Notes under the pieces: model-generated
Databases searched by the model: none
The model's input: only the letters and a program-made list of their open reading frames with translations
Told to the model about the DNA's origin: nothing
Translations under genes and position numbers: made by a program
In this document: piece by piece, positions 50,082-60,525 of the stretch
Position numbering within the stretch: the stretch's first letter is position 1
Layout: each line of letters opens with the position of its first letter
Assembly: GCA_964433025.1 (NCBI GenBank)
Contig: CAYSPV010000001.1
Location: 10,597-74,596, forward strand
Length of the DNA stretch: 64,000 nt
Source of the DNA: an uncultured Staphylococcaceae bacterium
GTDB lineage: Bacteria > Bacillota_I > Bacilli_A > RFN20 > CAG-826
Reading direction: 5' to 3'

Positions 50082-53000
50082 TTCTTTATTTAGACGTTTT
50101 TCTTGTAAATAATAAACAACGATAATATAAGCTGCTAAAGAGGAGCACCATAAGAATACCGCTATTTTAGTTATTGGTTCAACTATTTCCATATCAGCGT
50201 TTTTATATTTAACTTCATAAGTTACATCACCAGTTAAACCAATAAAGGATATAAATCCACCTTGACCTACAAATGTATCTAATTGAGTAGTTACACCATC
50301 TTTTGTAGCATATACTTTCCAACCTTTTTCATAAGGTGTATTTAAGCTAATCATTCTATATGAATCATAATTCGTGGAGAATTTAAAATAATTGCTATTT
50401 ATGTATTCGCCCTGAATACCTACTACTGTTTCGATTTTGCTGTCATAATCAGCTTTAGATTCTAAATAGAATGAAAAACTCGTTCTATTTGTGGACCTAG
50501 GATGTAAGACAACACTATAAATTTCTTCATCAGCATAAAACGCTCGCATTGATTTAACAGAATTACTTACATAATCATCTCTATGATTATCATAGGTAAT
50601 GATTTCACCATCTTTATTTAATAAATAAACATCAACTTCATAACCACTGGTAAATGGAGCGTATAAATATAAAGCACTTCCTTCATCAAAATAATCAAAA
50701 GCTAATAAATCATCACTTCCAAACTGCGGTTTAGTGTCATAACTTCCAGAGAAGTTTTCTCTAGTTAAAGTAATATAGAAGTTATATGCATCTAAATCAG
50801 AATCATTAATTTCAGTGGTGGTTAAAGGTGTTTCATTTTCAATAATATCTTTTAAATTAGAAGCATCATAATCCCAATCATCATCCACAGCATAATATTT
50901 TAGGGCATATCTTGTACCATAAATATTAGTAGTGTTTCTACTATCATAGACAGTAACTCTATGATAAGTTGCATCGCTTCTATCAACATTAAAAGCACTG
51001 GACACTGTAGTTAAATCAGTTTTATATTCATCATCAATACTATCCCAAGTAGATTGAGAAACAATACCTTCAAGTAAATACATATCATCATTTCTTAAAG
51101 CATAAGAACTAGAACCTGATAAAGCACTTGAAGCATAATCATCATCATAAACATAAATCGTGTCATAGCTAAATGCGATATTATTAACGTTTGGATTTTC
51201 AAATACATATACTTGATCATTTGATAAATCTTCATTATAGATATAACCAAATGGAACATTAATTTGATCAATTATTTCTTCATCACTTAAACCACTTATC
51301 TTCACAGCAATAGTGTTTTCTTTTGTCACCATATAATATTTAATATTTAAAAAATAATCTAAAGCTTGTCTTTTTTCTACATAAGATGCTGACCAGCTTC
51401 CATACCAATCTGACATCCTAGCCCACCACTTAAATTCTCTAGTGTAGAAATTATATAAAGTATTAAACATCGCTGTACCATTATAATTATTCATATTTTG
51501 ATTGTTATCAGATAGGTTTTGGGCTGCTAGTGATGAATATACTCTATAAAAAGATGAATCATAATCACTGATATTAGATGAAGCATCATAGACATAACTA
51601 TTTAAAGCTGAACCACCATTACCACTACTGGGATTAGTGTAACTATGTCCAATAGTGACAAAATTACCTACTAAAGCCGTTTCAAAACAAGCAAAGTATA
51701 ACAAGATATTATGGAATTTTTCTTTTTCATAAAAATAAAGTAAGACAAAGAAAAATACTAATACATATGCTATTAGACCAATACAAGCCCATGGATATAA
51801 TAAATAATATTCAAGATTCGTAGAACTATCTACATACCATTTTGCAAGTAGTATACTTGCAATAATACCAGTAATTGTAAATCCTAAACCTAATAATAAA
51901 TCAGACATTTTAATCTTATTTTTCTTTTCATCTAAATAAGATAAAACATAAGGAATTAAACATGCTTGAAACATTATCTGCCATCTAGCGTACGCTTTAC
52001 CCCCACCAAATAATAAATAGTATGAAAATGGAGTAAATAACACTAAAACAAATATACAAATACTTATAATATGAGATATCTTACCTTTTCTTATTGAATT
52101 AATAATCGCAGGAAATAAGAAGAAAGTAATAGGTATACCACACCATAAAGAACCTGCTTCATTTACAAATGTATTACCACTTGAAGCACTTACTAAAGAT
52201 ATGTGTCTACAAGTTGTGGGAAAGATAAAAAATTCAATAATAGGATAAGTTTGTAATTTCCAATCCGCGGTTTCTGACCAAACAAATAAATGGGCAAGTA
52301 AAGCGCTAAAATCACCAGCTTGGTAATATTCCACTAATTGGGTTAAATATGTCGTGCCTTCAATTTTAGGATCTGACATACCAGTAATTAGGCCTGGAAT
52401 AAAGACCACTAATGAAATACATATTGCACATACATATCCTAAAAATCCCATTAATAAGATTAATAGATTACTTTTAACTGCGTTTAACTTCAATCTTTGA
52501 AAATATCTAACCATTGCATAAACAAAGGTCATAATACATATCGCAGGGAAAAAGAAGAAATTATCTATGCCTAGATAGCCTAAAGAAATCGCTAACAGCC
52601 ACGGTCTTTTATCTTGTAATACTTTTTCAATACCTAATAAGATTAAAGGTAAAAATACCGCAATATCTAAAAAGTTATTAAACCATTGGAAATAGGCAAC
52701 CCAACCACAGGCCATAAACGCTATTCCACCAAATCTAGATAATAATTCAGATATGTTTAATTTTCTTAAAAATAATCTAAAGAAAACGCCTGCTAATACC
52801 ATTCTAAGAATGGATACTAACGCCATGGTTTGAGGAATCCAATCTCTAGGGAATATTAAAATCAAAGCAAAAAATGGTGAGAATAAAATATAATATCCAT
52901 CACTAGTAATCGCATCCGCGCCTAAAAAGATATTAGAATCCCAATGTGGAAATACACCTGTAGTAAAAAATGACCACCAATTGTCATAATAATCATAGGC

Positions 53001-53210
53001 AAATGGTATATATTGCATAACAAAATCACCACTATAAGGAGTGGTAAAATTATTATTAACAAGCATTAAAAAATAAAAACAAATACTAATAAATATTAAA
53101 AGAATTACATAATAAAATAAGGATGATTTATCCTTTAAAAACCCTGTATGAGATTTAATAAATTTTACAAATTTATTCTCTGAAAACTTGCTCTGTGTTA
53201 AATCAATCAT
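50064..53210 (-). CDS. YfhO-family large polytopic membrane protein (putative extracytoplasmic glycosyltransferase)
   Basis: 1048 aa. The N-terminal multi-TM block has a GDFVMQYIPF-type motif, followed by a large extracytoplasmic region and a single C-terminal TM. This topology is typical of YfhO. Confidence 0.55.
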   Translation of the reverse strand: MIDLTQSKFSENKFVKFIKSHTGFLKDKSSLFYYVILLIFISICFYFLMLVNNNFTTPYSGDFVMQYIPFAYDYYDNWWSFFTTGVFPHWDSNIFLGADAITSDGYYILFSPFFALILIFPRDWIPQTMALVSILRMVLAGVFFRLFLRKLNISELLSRFGGIAFMACGWVAYFQWFNNFLDIAVFLPLILLGIEKVLQDKRPWLLAISLGYLGIDNFFFFPAICIMTFVYAMVRYFQRLKLNAVKSNLLILLMGFLGYVCAICISLVVFIPGLITGMSDPKIEGTTYLTQLVEYYQAGDFSALLAHLFVWSETADWKLQTYPIIEFFIFPTTCRHISLVSASSGNTFVNEAGSLWCGIPITFFLFPAIINSIRKGKISHIISICIFVLVLFTPFSYYLLFGGGKAYARWQIMFQACLIPYVLSYLDEKKNKIKMSDLLLGLGFTITGIIASILLAKWYVDSSTNLEYYLLYPWACIGLIAYVLVFFFVLLYFYEKEKFHNILLYFACFETALVGNFVTIGHSYTNPSSGNGGSALNSYVYDASSNISDYDSSFYRVYSSLAAQNLSDNNQNMNNYNGTAMFNTLYNFYTREFKWWARMSDWYGSWSASYVEKRQALDYFLNIKYYMVTKENTIAVKISGLSDEEIIDQINVPFGYIYNEDLSNDQVYVFENPNVNNIAFSYDTIYVYDDDYASSALSGSSSYALRNDDMYLLEGIVSQSTWDSIDDEYKTDLTTVSSAFNVDRSDATYHRVTVYDSRNTTNIYGTRYALKYYAVDDDWDYDASNLKDIIENETPLTTTEINDSDLDAYNFYITLTRENFSGSYDTKPQFGSDDLLAFDYFDEGSALYLYAPFTSGYEVDVYLLNKDGEIITYDNHRDDYVSNSVKSMRAFYADEEIYSVVLHPRSTNRTSFSFYLESKADYDSKIETVVGIQGEYINSNYFKFSTNYDSYRMISLNTPYEKGWKVYATKDGVTTQLDTFVGQGGFISFIGLTGDVTYEVKYKNADMEIVEPITKIAVFLWCSSLAAYIIVVYYLQEKRLNKELRLDL

Positions 53211-53347
53211 ATATGTGTAATTATAAATCTTTAAATAGAAAATAAAATAAATTTTATTTATGACACATATCTTATATATAAATAGTTAATTTTTTATTAT
53301 ATAAAAAATATTGAAATAATTTTATATTGGTCTATGATATTGTCGTT

Positions 53348-55171
53348 ATGAAAATTAAAAATGTCGCTATTATTGCTCATGTAGACCATGGAAAAACTAC
53401 ACTAGTAGACCAATTATTAAAATGTGCAGGTACTTTTAGAAATAATGAAGAAGTTAATGAAAGAGTAATGGATTCTAATGATTTAGAAAGAGAAAGAGGC
53501 ATTACTATCTTAGCTAAAACCACTTCTATTTATTATCATGATTATAAAATCAATATCGTAGACACTCCTGGACATGCTGATTTTGGTGGTGAAGTTGAAC
53601 GTATTATGAATATGGTCGATGGTTGTTTATTACTTGTCGATGCTTTTGAAGGCGCTATGCCTCAAACTAGATTTGTCTTAAAGAAAGCTTTACAAGCTCA
53701 TATAAAACCAATCGTAGTAGTCAATAAAATCGATAGAAAAAATATTGATATAAATAAAACCTTAGATGAAATATTAAATCTATTTATTGAACTAGGAGCA
53801 TCAGATGATTTATTAGATTTTAAAGTATGTTATACATCTGCAATTAATGGTACATCTGGTTATACATTAGAAGACCAACAAGACAATATGAACGCAATAT
53901 TTGATACGATAATACAAGAAATACCAGATCCTGATAGTGATAACAATCAACCTCTTAGATTTCAAATATCATTACTAGACTACAACGACTTTGTCGGAAG
54001 AGTGGGTATAGGTAAAATTAAAAACGGATCTATATCAGTAGGTCAAACAGTAACATGTTGTAGATTAGATGGATCATCTAAACAATTTAAAGTTTTAAAA
54101 TTATATGGAAATCAAGGTCTTAAAAAGATTGAAATAGAAACTGCAAATGCAGGGGATATTGTGGCAGTTGCAGGTCTAACAGATATAAATGTTGGAGAAA
54201 CTATTTGTGATAATAACCATTTAGATCCTCTTCCACTTCTACACATTGATGAACCTACTTTACAAATGACATTTGGAGTTAATACTTCCCCATTCGCGGG
54301 TCAAGACGGTAAATTTTTAACCGCTAGAAAAATAGAAGAAAGATTATATAAAGAATTACAAAAAGATGTTTCTTTAAGAGTTAGTAGAATTCCTAATTCT
54401 GAATCTTGGATTGTTTCAGGAAGAGGAGAATTACATCTATCAATTCTTATTGAAAATATGATAAGAGAAGGTTATGAATTACAAGTTAGTAAACCTCAAA
54501 TAATCACTAAAGAAATTGATGGTATTAAACATGAACCTTTTGAAGATTTAACAATTGAAGTTCCTAATGATTATGTTGGAGATATTATGGAAGCTTTAGG
54601 AAATAAAAGTGCTCAATTAATAGATATGATAAATACAGATTTTACTACTAAGCTTGAATATGTTATTCCTAGTAGAGGATTACTTGGATTTGTATCTTCA
54701 TTTATGACACTTACTAAAGGTTATGGAATTATATCTCATACCTTTAAAGAATATAGACCAATGGTAAATGTAAAATTAGGAGAAAGAAAAATAGGCGTTT
54801 TAGTGGCTACTGAAACTGGCGAAGCTACACCTTATGCAATTGAACATGTTGAAGAAAGAGGTACGATGTTTATATCACCTGGCACAAAAGTATATACAGG
54901 AATGATTGTGGGTGAAAATAGATATGATAATGATCTAGCAGTTAATGTTGTGGCTAAGAAAAATCTAACTAATGTTAGAAGTTCCACTAAAGATGTAACT
55001 GTGGTATTAAAAACACCAAGACAAATGTCTTTAGAAGTGTGTTTAGACTATATCAATAGTGATGAACTTGTCGAAATTACTCCTAAAGCTTATAGGATGA
55101 GAAAAAAGATATTAGATACCGCTGCTAGAAAGAAATTTGAAGCTCATCAAAAAGATTTAGAAAATAACTAA
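53348..55171 (+). CDS. typA: Translational GTPase TypA/BipA
   Basis: [34 protein letters not shown] and NKID motifs. Start set at ATG 53348; the track start 53327 is TTG. Confidence 0.95.
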   Translation: MKIKNVAIIAHVDHGKTTLVDQLLKCAGTFRNNEEVNERVMDSNDLERERGITILAKTTSIYYHDYKINIVDTPGHADFGGEVERIMNMVDGCLLLVDAFEGAMPQTRFVLKKALQAHIKPIVVVNKIDRKNIDINKTLDEILNLFIELGASDDLLDFKVCYTSAINGTSGYTLEDQQDNMNAIFDTIIQEIPDPDSDNNQPLRFQISLLDYNDFVGRVGIGKIKNGSISVGQTVTCCRLDGSSKQFKVLKLYGNQGLKKIEIETANAGDIVAVAGLTDINVGETICDNNHLDPLPLLHIDEPTLQMTFGVNTSPFAGQDGKFLTARKIEERLYKELQKDVSLRVSRIPNSESWIVSGRGELHLSILIENMIREGYELQVSKPQIITKEIDGIKHEPFEDLTIEVPNDYVGDIMEALGNKSAQLIDMINTDFTTKLEYVIPSRGLLGFVSSFMTLTKGYGIISHTFKEYRPMVNVKLGERKIGVLVATETGEATPYAIEHVEERGTMFISPGTKVYTGMIVGENRYDNDLAVNVVAKKNLTNVRSSTKDVTVVLKTPRQMSLEVCLDYINSDELVEITPKAYRMRKKILDTAARKKFEAHQKDLENN

Positions 55172-55176
55172 AATTA

Positions 55177-55210
55177 TAAAAAATAGTTGCGATTTGCAAC
55201 TATTTTATTT
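55177..55210. terminator. Bidirectional rho-independent terminator between typA and the P-II/DUF1538 operon
   Basis: ATAGTTGC-GATTT-GCAACTAT flanked by an A-run and a T-run. Confidence 0.8.
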
Positions 55211-55213
55211 TAT

Positions 55214-55528
55214 TTAATCAAATTTAAGACCTACAACGTCTTTACATTTAAGCGCAAATGCAACTCCTTTTCCAAGAGTGGCTAATCCCGCTGCTTCATT
55301 AATAGCTTTTAAAACATTATCACAAATATTATCAGGAACAATAATTAAAACAATTTCTTTTTCACTATTAATAATAATGCCAAATTTTTCTTCTATTTCT
55401 TTATTGCCAGTTCCTCTAGCGTGCAATAACGTTCCGCCTGTTGCACCTGCATTTCTAGCCGCATCCATTACCAAATCAGTAAAGCCAGCTTCTACTAAAG
55501 TAAAGATTAATGAAAATTGATTGTCCAT
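55214..55528 (-). CDS. P-II-like signal-transduction protein (divergent, copy 1)
   Basis: 104 aa with a beta-alpha-beta pattern, a T-loop-like HARGTGNKE and a B-loop-like LGKGVAF. AGGAGG lies upstream. Confidence 0.6.
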   Translation of the reverse strand: MDNQFSLIFTLVEAGFTDLVMDAARNAGATGGTLLHARGTGNKEIEEKFGIIINSEKEIVLIIVPDNICDNVLKAINEAAGLATLGKGVAFALKCKDVVGLKFD

Positions 55529-55539
55529 AATAGTTCCTC

Positions 55540-55923
55540 CTAATATTGATTAGATAAAAATCTATAAGCAAGTCCGCCGACGACACTAGATAAATCTATT
55601 ATCGCTGCAACACCTTTATTTTTCTTATGTGATAAGAAATACATATCTAATTCACGTTTTAAATCATTTAATTTTTCTTCTTTAACTAAAGCAATTATTA
55701 CATCTTTAGTGTTATCTACAAAACCAAGTAAATCATATAAACCAGGAGCGGCAGTGCCTTCACCTTTTAAAGTCATCGTGACCGCTACTTCAAGTTTTTT
55801 AAAGAGGTTATTTATATCTTTGCCACGGCCACTATTAAGGATAACAAAACAAACACATAGTTTTTTTAATTCTATGTTTTTAGATAAACTAACAGTTTCT
55901 TTTTTTCTTCTAATTTTAGCCAT
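55540..55923 (-). CDS. P-II-like protein (more divergent, copy 2)
   Basis: 127 aa with LKGEGTAAPG and NKGVAAII segments analogous to P-II T and B loops. AGGAG lies upstream. Confidence 0.45.
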   Translation of the reverse strand: MAKIRRKKETVSLSKNIELKKLCVCFVILNSGRGKDINNLFKKLEVAVTMTLKGEGTAAPGLYDLLGFVDNTKDVIIALVKEEKLNDLKRELDMYFLSHKKNKGVAAIIDLSSVVGGLAYRFLSNQY

Positions 55924-55931
55924 ATTAACTC

Positions 55932-57506
55932 CTAAAAATGAATAACCTCATTATCACTATATAAGTGTTTAGCAAATAAGTATTCTCTATGACGTTTCTT
56001 ATAATCAATAACTATACCTAAAATTTGAATAGCAATAATTGGAGTAAGCGCTACTAGGGCAACTGTTCCAAAACATCTTTGTAAAACATATGATTTTTGT
56101 AAATCTTCTAAATCAGTATTATTATAAGCTGCAGTCATTCCAATATTTAAAGGTAGTAAAAATGATACAGACATTGGACCAGAAGCCACACCTCCACTAT
56201 CAAAGGCTAAGGCACTAAATAAAGGCGGACAGAAAAATGACAACGCAATAGCGATCACAAATCCTGGAACAATATAATAAGCGATTGAAAAATCATATAT
56301 TGCTCTAATTGCACTTAATCCAACTGCACATCCTACACCTAAAGATAAAGTAATTAATACTGATGATTTTTTAATACCGCCATCACTAATAGCTTCTATT
56401 TGTTTTGTTAAAGCATGGATCGCAGGTTCACATAAAATAGTAACTAAACCAACACAGAAGAATACTAATATAATAATAGCCTCATGTTGTGTTCCTAATT
56501 CTTGACCAATTAAGATACCAACAGGCATCATAACCACATTAACTGCATCTAAAAATAACACTAATCCAATATATGCACATAAGAAACCTAATAAAATTCT
56601 TAATATTTCATTTTTAGGTAATTTAATAAATATAGATTGATAAACTAAGAAGACCACTAAGATTGGAACAAGAGCTACTGCTACTTCTAGTAATGTTCCA
56701 TATTCAGTCATTACCCCATTTTGAATCGTGGGAACTAAATTAGTAAAGAAAGATGTAAACATAGAAGTATCATTACTTAATGTTTGAGCTCCTAACTCAT
56801 AAGTTCCTGTAACATCAGATGTATTTAATAAAAACATAATCGTCATAGAAATAATAGGACCAACACTAGCAATAGCGATTAAACCAAAACTTTCTTCTTT
56901 AGCTTTTTTACCTGCTCTTGCCATAGCCACCCCACTACCTAAAGATAGTAAAAATGGAACAGTCGCACTACCAGTAGTGGCACCACTTGAATCAAAAATT
57001 AAAGGCATGTATTGGCTTTGAGAATTACCATCTATGAGTAAACAAAAACAAAATACTATTCCATATAAGACAATAATCCACCATTTAAGGGATTGTCTTT
57101 TAAATACTCTAACAACACCTAAAGCTACAAATATACCAACACCTAAAGAAATAACAATAATTAAGGTCCAATTATTAAATGGTGTTAGCTCGGCTAAAAT
57201 CATAATATCTGGTTCAGCACAAGTAATTAAAGCACCTAATAAGAAAGCTACTAATATAACAACCCAAAGATTGGCTTGTTTTGATAGAGAGGTTCCCATA
57301 TATTCACCAACTTTAGTAATACTTCTAGAAGAGCCAACATTAAATATTGCTAGACCTAATATAAGTACTAAAGTACCGATAGCTAATAATACATAATTCC
57401 AACTACCACCTAGTGGTGTTAATTGGATTAAGGATAAAAACAAAATAATAACTACCACTGGTAGTATTGATAAAGCTGATTCATAAATTACTTTTAAAAG
57501 TTTCAT
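55932..57506 (-). CDS. DUF1538-like polytopic membrane protein (putative transporter)
   Basis: 524 aa with two internally similar halves. Each half contains a FDSSGATTGSATVPF / FDSGGVASGPMSVSF motif. The known genomic association of DUF1538 with P-II-like genes is from memory. Confidence 0.55.
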   Translation of the reverse strand: MKLLKVIYESALSILPVVVIILFLSLIQLTPLGGSWNYVLLAIGTLVLILGLAIFNVGSSRSITKVGEYMGTSLSKQANLWVVILVAFLLGALITCAEPDIMILAELTPFNNWTLIIVISLGVGIFVALGVVRVFKRQSLKWWIIVLYGIVFCFCLLIDGNSQSQYMPLIFDSSGATTGSATVPFLLSLGSGVAMARAGKKAKEESFGLIAIASVGPIISMTIMFLLNTSDVTGTYELGAQTLSNDTSMFTSFFTNLVPTIQNGVMTEYGTLLEVAVALVPILVVFLVYQSIFIKLPKNEILRILLGFLCAYIGLVLFLDAVNVVMMPVGILIGQELGTQHEAIIILVFFCVGLVTILCEPAIHALTKQIEAISDGGIKKSSVLITLSLGVGCAVGLSAIRAIYDFSIAYYIVPGFVIAIALSFFCPPLFSALAFDSGGVASGPMSVSFLLPLNIGMTAAYNNTDLEDLQKSYVLQRCFGTVALVALTPIIAIQILGIVIDYKKRHREYLFAKHLYSDNEVIHF

Positions 57507-57512
57507 GAATAA

Positions 57513-57521
57513 ATTGTATCA
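57513..57521 (-). promoter_or_regulatory. Extended -10 box (TGaTACAAT) 6 nt before the ATG of the DUF1538 gene; leaderless-type promoter
   Basis: Minus strand reads TGATACAAT-TTATTC-ATG, with no SD. Confidence 0.45.
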
Positions 57522-57548
57522 AAAATACAATCTTATTTTAATTTATTT

Positions 57549-58469
57549 TTATTTTTTAAATAAATTTGAAAAACTGTTAGGCATTTTAGTTTCAAAATTA
57601 TAAATTTTATTTTTTAGAGGATGTTTAATTTTTAATCTATAAGCATGAAGTCCTAATCTATTTATAGGATTAGAGGGGTTTCCATATTTATCATCACCAA
57701 TAATTGTATGTCTTATATCATTCATATGGACACGGATTTGGTTTTTTCTGCCGCTGTCGATGTGAACATCTAATAAAGTATATAAATCATTTTCTTTAAT
57801 TACTTTGTAATTAGTGATCGCTAATTTTCCATGTTTTTTATCATCGCTAGAATACATTAAATTTAAAGAATTAGATTTTAGATATGATTTAATAGTGCCT
57901 TCTTTATTTTTAAATATACCTTCACATATTGCATAATAGCCTCTATCTAAAACTAAATCATTCCAATTATCACTAAATAATTGTTGTAATTCTTTTGATT
58001 TAACCATCATCAAGATACCAGAGGTATCTTCATCTATACGATGCACTACATAAGGTCTAATATGTTTATCTTTTTCTAATAAATAATTAGATATTAATCT
58101 ATATGCTGTTTTTTGTTTTTCTTTATCTGATGATATAGAAAGTAAACCAGATGGTTTATTAATTACTATTACATCATCATCTTCATAAACTATATCTAAT
58201 GTGGATTTTACATTTTTTAAATTATGAGATGGTTTATTTAAGATGATGACTTCATCATCTATAGATAAAGGATAATCAAATTGTCTGATGACCGCACCAT
58301 TAACGCAGACTAAATTATGAGCTAATAACCCTTTAATCGCGTTTCTTGATTGACCTTTAATATTAGAATATAAAAAACTTAAAAGCGTATCATCACTTTT
58401 AACTATATAAGTTTTAGAATTTTCAAATTGTTTAGAATAATTATTAAATCGCTTCTTGTTTTTGTTCAT
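57549..58469 (-). CDS. RluA-family pseudouridine synthase with N-terminal S4-like domain
   Basis: HRIDEDTSGILMM catalytic motif and GRKNQIRVH. Confidence 0.88.
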   Translation of the reverse strand: MNKNKKRFNNYSKQFENSKTYIVKSDDTLLSFLYSNIKGQSRNAIKGLLAHNLVCVNGAVIRQFDYPLSIDDEVIILNKPSHNLKNVKSTLDIVYEDDDVIVINKPSGLLSISSDKEKQKTAYRLISNYLLEKDKHIRPYVVHRIDEDTSGILMMVKSKELQQLFSDNWNDLVLDRGYYAICEGIFKNKEGTIKSYLKSNSLNLMYSSDDKKHGKLAITNYKVIKENDLYTLLDVHIDSGRKNQIRVHMNDIRHTIIGDDKYGNPSNPINRLGLHAYRLKIKHPLKNKIYNFETKMPNSFSNLFKK

Positions 58470-59427
58470 TCTTATTATTTTTAAGCTTTTTATATAATTT
58501 GATCGTCGATATTATAAGTATTGGAATACTAACTACAAAATTAATAAATAAACCAATAGGTATTTTCATAGCTAATCCTATAGAAAATTCCCACTGCATA
58601 GATTCATTAACTGCATATAAATTAGATGAAAATCCAATAATCATCCATAGACCAATAACAAAGATTAATACATACATACATATTAAAGATATTAAATGAT
58701 ATTTTAGTTTGTTTTTATCACTAATATAGTGATAAATAAAATATAAAATACATAAAATACCCATAAATAAAAATGAAATATATGTTGGTAGCATTATATA
58801 CCAGTTTTTATCTATATATCCTTCTTGTAAATAAATAAATCCAAACATAAATTCACCCACAAAATAAGTAGCAAATGGTAATAAAAATCCTAACATTATA
58901 AAATCTTTTTTAGTAAATGAACGTTTATTAATATAAGTATTAATACTATATTCATTTTCTATTTTTTTATAAAGTAAACACGAAATTCCTATAAGTAGAT
59001 ATATTCCATTACCCACGAATACATCTAAAGGATAAAAAGGTGTCATGGTATGAAAGAAAATATCTCCATCTAATAAGAAAATAAAAACAAAAGTCATTAA
59101 GATTAAATCAATAAGAGAAATAACTATTAAAACTGTACCTAGTATTCGGAGTACTAATAACTTTTTAGATCGATCGCTTATATAAATATATAAAAGTGAC
59201 ATATAAAAACCAAATAATGGAATTATATAAGTAAAAAATGTAGGAAGAGTGTTTAAAGAATTTCTACCATAATGAGTCACTATTGGAAAAAATATTCTAA
59301 CAGCATAAAAACAAGTAAAGCTAACAAATAAAAACATTAAAGATAAGACAATACCTCCAATTATGTGGCGTCTTCTATTATAAATTGCTAGATCTTTTAC
59401 TACCCGTTCTGCCATAAAATTGTACAA
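58444..59427 (-). CDS. Polytopic membrane protein of unknown function
   Basis: About 9 hydrophobic segments. It overlaps both neighbours. The start is ATG 59427 or 59415. Confidence 0.6.
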   Translation of the reverse strand: MYNFMAERVVKDLAIYNRRRHIIGGIVLSLMFLFVSFTCFYAVRIFFPIVTHYGRNSLNTLPTFFTYIIPLFGFYMSLLYIYISDRSKKLLVLRILGTVLIVISLIDLILMTFVFIFLLDGDIFFHTMTPFYPLDVFVGNGIYLLIGISCLLYKKIENEYSINTYINKRSFTKKDFIMLGFLLPFATYFVGEFMFGFIYLQEGYIDKNWYIMLPTYISFLFMGILCILYFIYHYISDKNKLKYHLISLICMYVLIFVIGLWMIIGFSSNLYAVNESMQWEFSIGLAMKIPIGLFINFVVSIPILIISTIKLYKKLKNNKNEQKQEAI

Positions 59428-60521
59428 TCTCCTTCATAAGGAACATGTATTTTAGTTAGTTCAAAATACATAGTATTTCCATAATCTGATATAGTGGGAT
59501 TTTCATGTATTGAATAAAAGGTTGCTCCTATTGTGTTTTCATCATAATAAAGATTAGAAGTAGTTTTTTCACCATATATAAATCTTATAGGATTATAATC
59601 TTCACTTTTTTGATAAAAGATGTCTGTGCTGTTAATATGGTCATGATTAGAAGCAATGGCTACTGTAGATTTTAAATAAGCCATTAAATCATAAAAACCA
59701 CTATTATCAGAAGAAGAATAAACTCCCTCTTGAGCGTTACAATAATTATCTAAATAAGAAATAGAATCACCTGCTAAATCATGATAATAATTAATCGCAT
59801 CTTCAAATTCAGGTATAGGAATATGTCCAAACACAATAGATTTTTTAAATGTATCATCTGTTATTGTAGATGGCATACTACTATAACCATTAGATTCTAA
59901 TATAACTCTTGTATACCAACTTAATTGATCATCATGAATCGTGTCATAATCACCTAAATAATGAGAATTCGTGTCTAATATAATAATTTGAAAAGTTAAA
60001 CTTCCAGAAGACATCAAATTAATAACATAATTTGAATTACCATAAACATTATCATTACTAGGATTTTTATATAAAGAATATTGATAATCTCCAGAGGTTA
60101 ATAGATTGTTTATATAACCACTGGAATATGAGCCTTGTAAATCATGATTTCCATAATTAAAAGCATAAGGAATTTCTAAAGATTCAAAAAATTCAAAAGC
60201 TCGAGTTACTACTTCTTTATTTGCGTTCATAAATATATCACCATTTAACACGAGTAATGATGGTTTAGCTAATTGCATGTTTATATTATTAACAGTAGCA
60301 TATGAATAAACAGCCTTTTCTATATATTCAAATTCTCTATCTAAATTTGAAGATGTTGATAAATGAATATCACCTAAATGACAAATTAAAAATCCATCTT
60401 CAAAAGTTAAAGTAGAGGTATAAGAACTTATATTATAAACCCTTTGACTCGTGGATGTACTACACGCCATTAAAGTCATAGGAAATATCAATAGACTTAA
60501 TAAATACTTATAAAATTTCAT
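59400..60521 (-). CDS. Lipoprotein calcineurin-like metallophosphoesterase
   Basis: Lipobox TLMACS plus the GDIHLS, LNGDIF, GNHD, GHIP and NHDH motif series. Confidence 0.8.
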   Translation of the reverse strand: MKFYKYLLSLLIFPMTLMACSTSTSQRVYNISSYTSTLTFEDGFLICHLGDIHLSTSSNLDREFEYIEKAVYSYATVNNINMQLAKPSLLVLNGDIFMNANKEVVTRAFEFFESLEIPYAFNYGNHDLQGSYSSGYINNLLTSGDYQYSLYKNPSNDNVYGNSNYVINLMSSGSLTFQIIILDTNSHYLGDYDTIHDDQLSWYTRVILESNGYSSMPSTITDDTFKKSIVFGHIPIPEFEDAINYYHDLAGDSISYLDNYCNAQEGVYSSSDNSGFYDLMAYLKSTVAIASNHDHINSTDIFYQKSEDYNPIRFIYGEKTTSNLYYDENTIGATFYSIHENPTISDYGNTMYFELTKIHVPYEGDCTILWQNG

Positions 60522-60525
60522 ATTT

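Noticed and set aside
25965-53294. Additional partial copies of the 30-bp motif (AAATAATTAATTTTTGCA at 25965-25982; AATAGTTAATTTTT at 53281-53294)
   Set aside because: Matches of 14-18 nt composed mostly of A/T are expected by chance many times in an AT-rich 64-kb window. Only the 28/30 pair (805-834 and 19007-19036) stands out.
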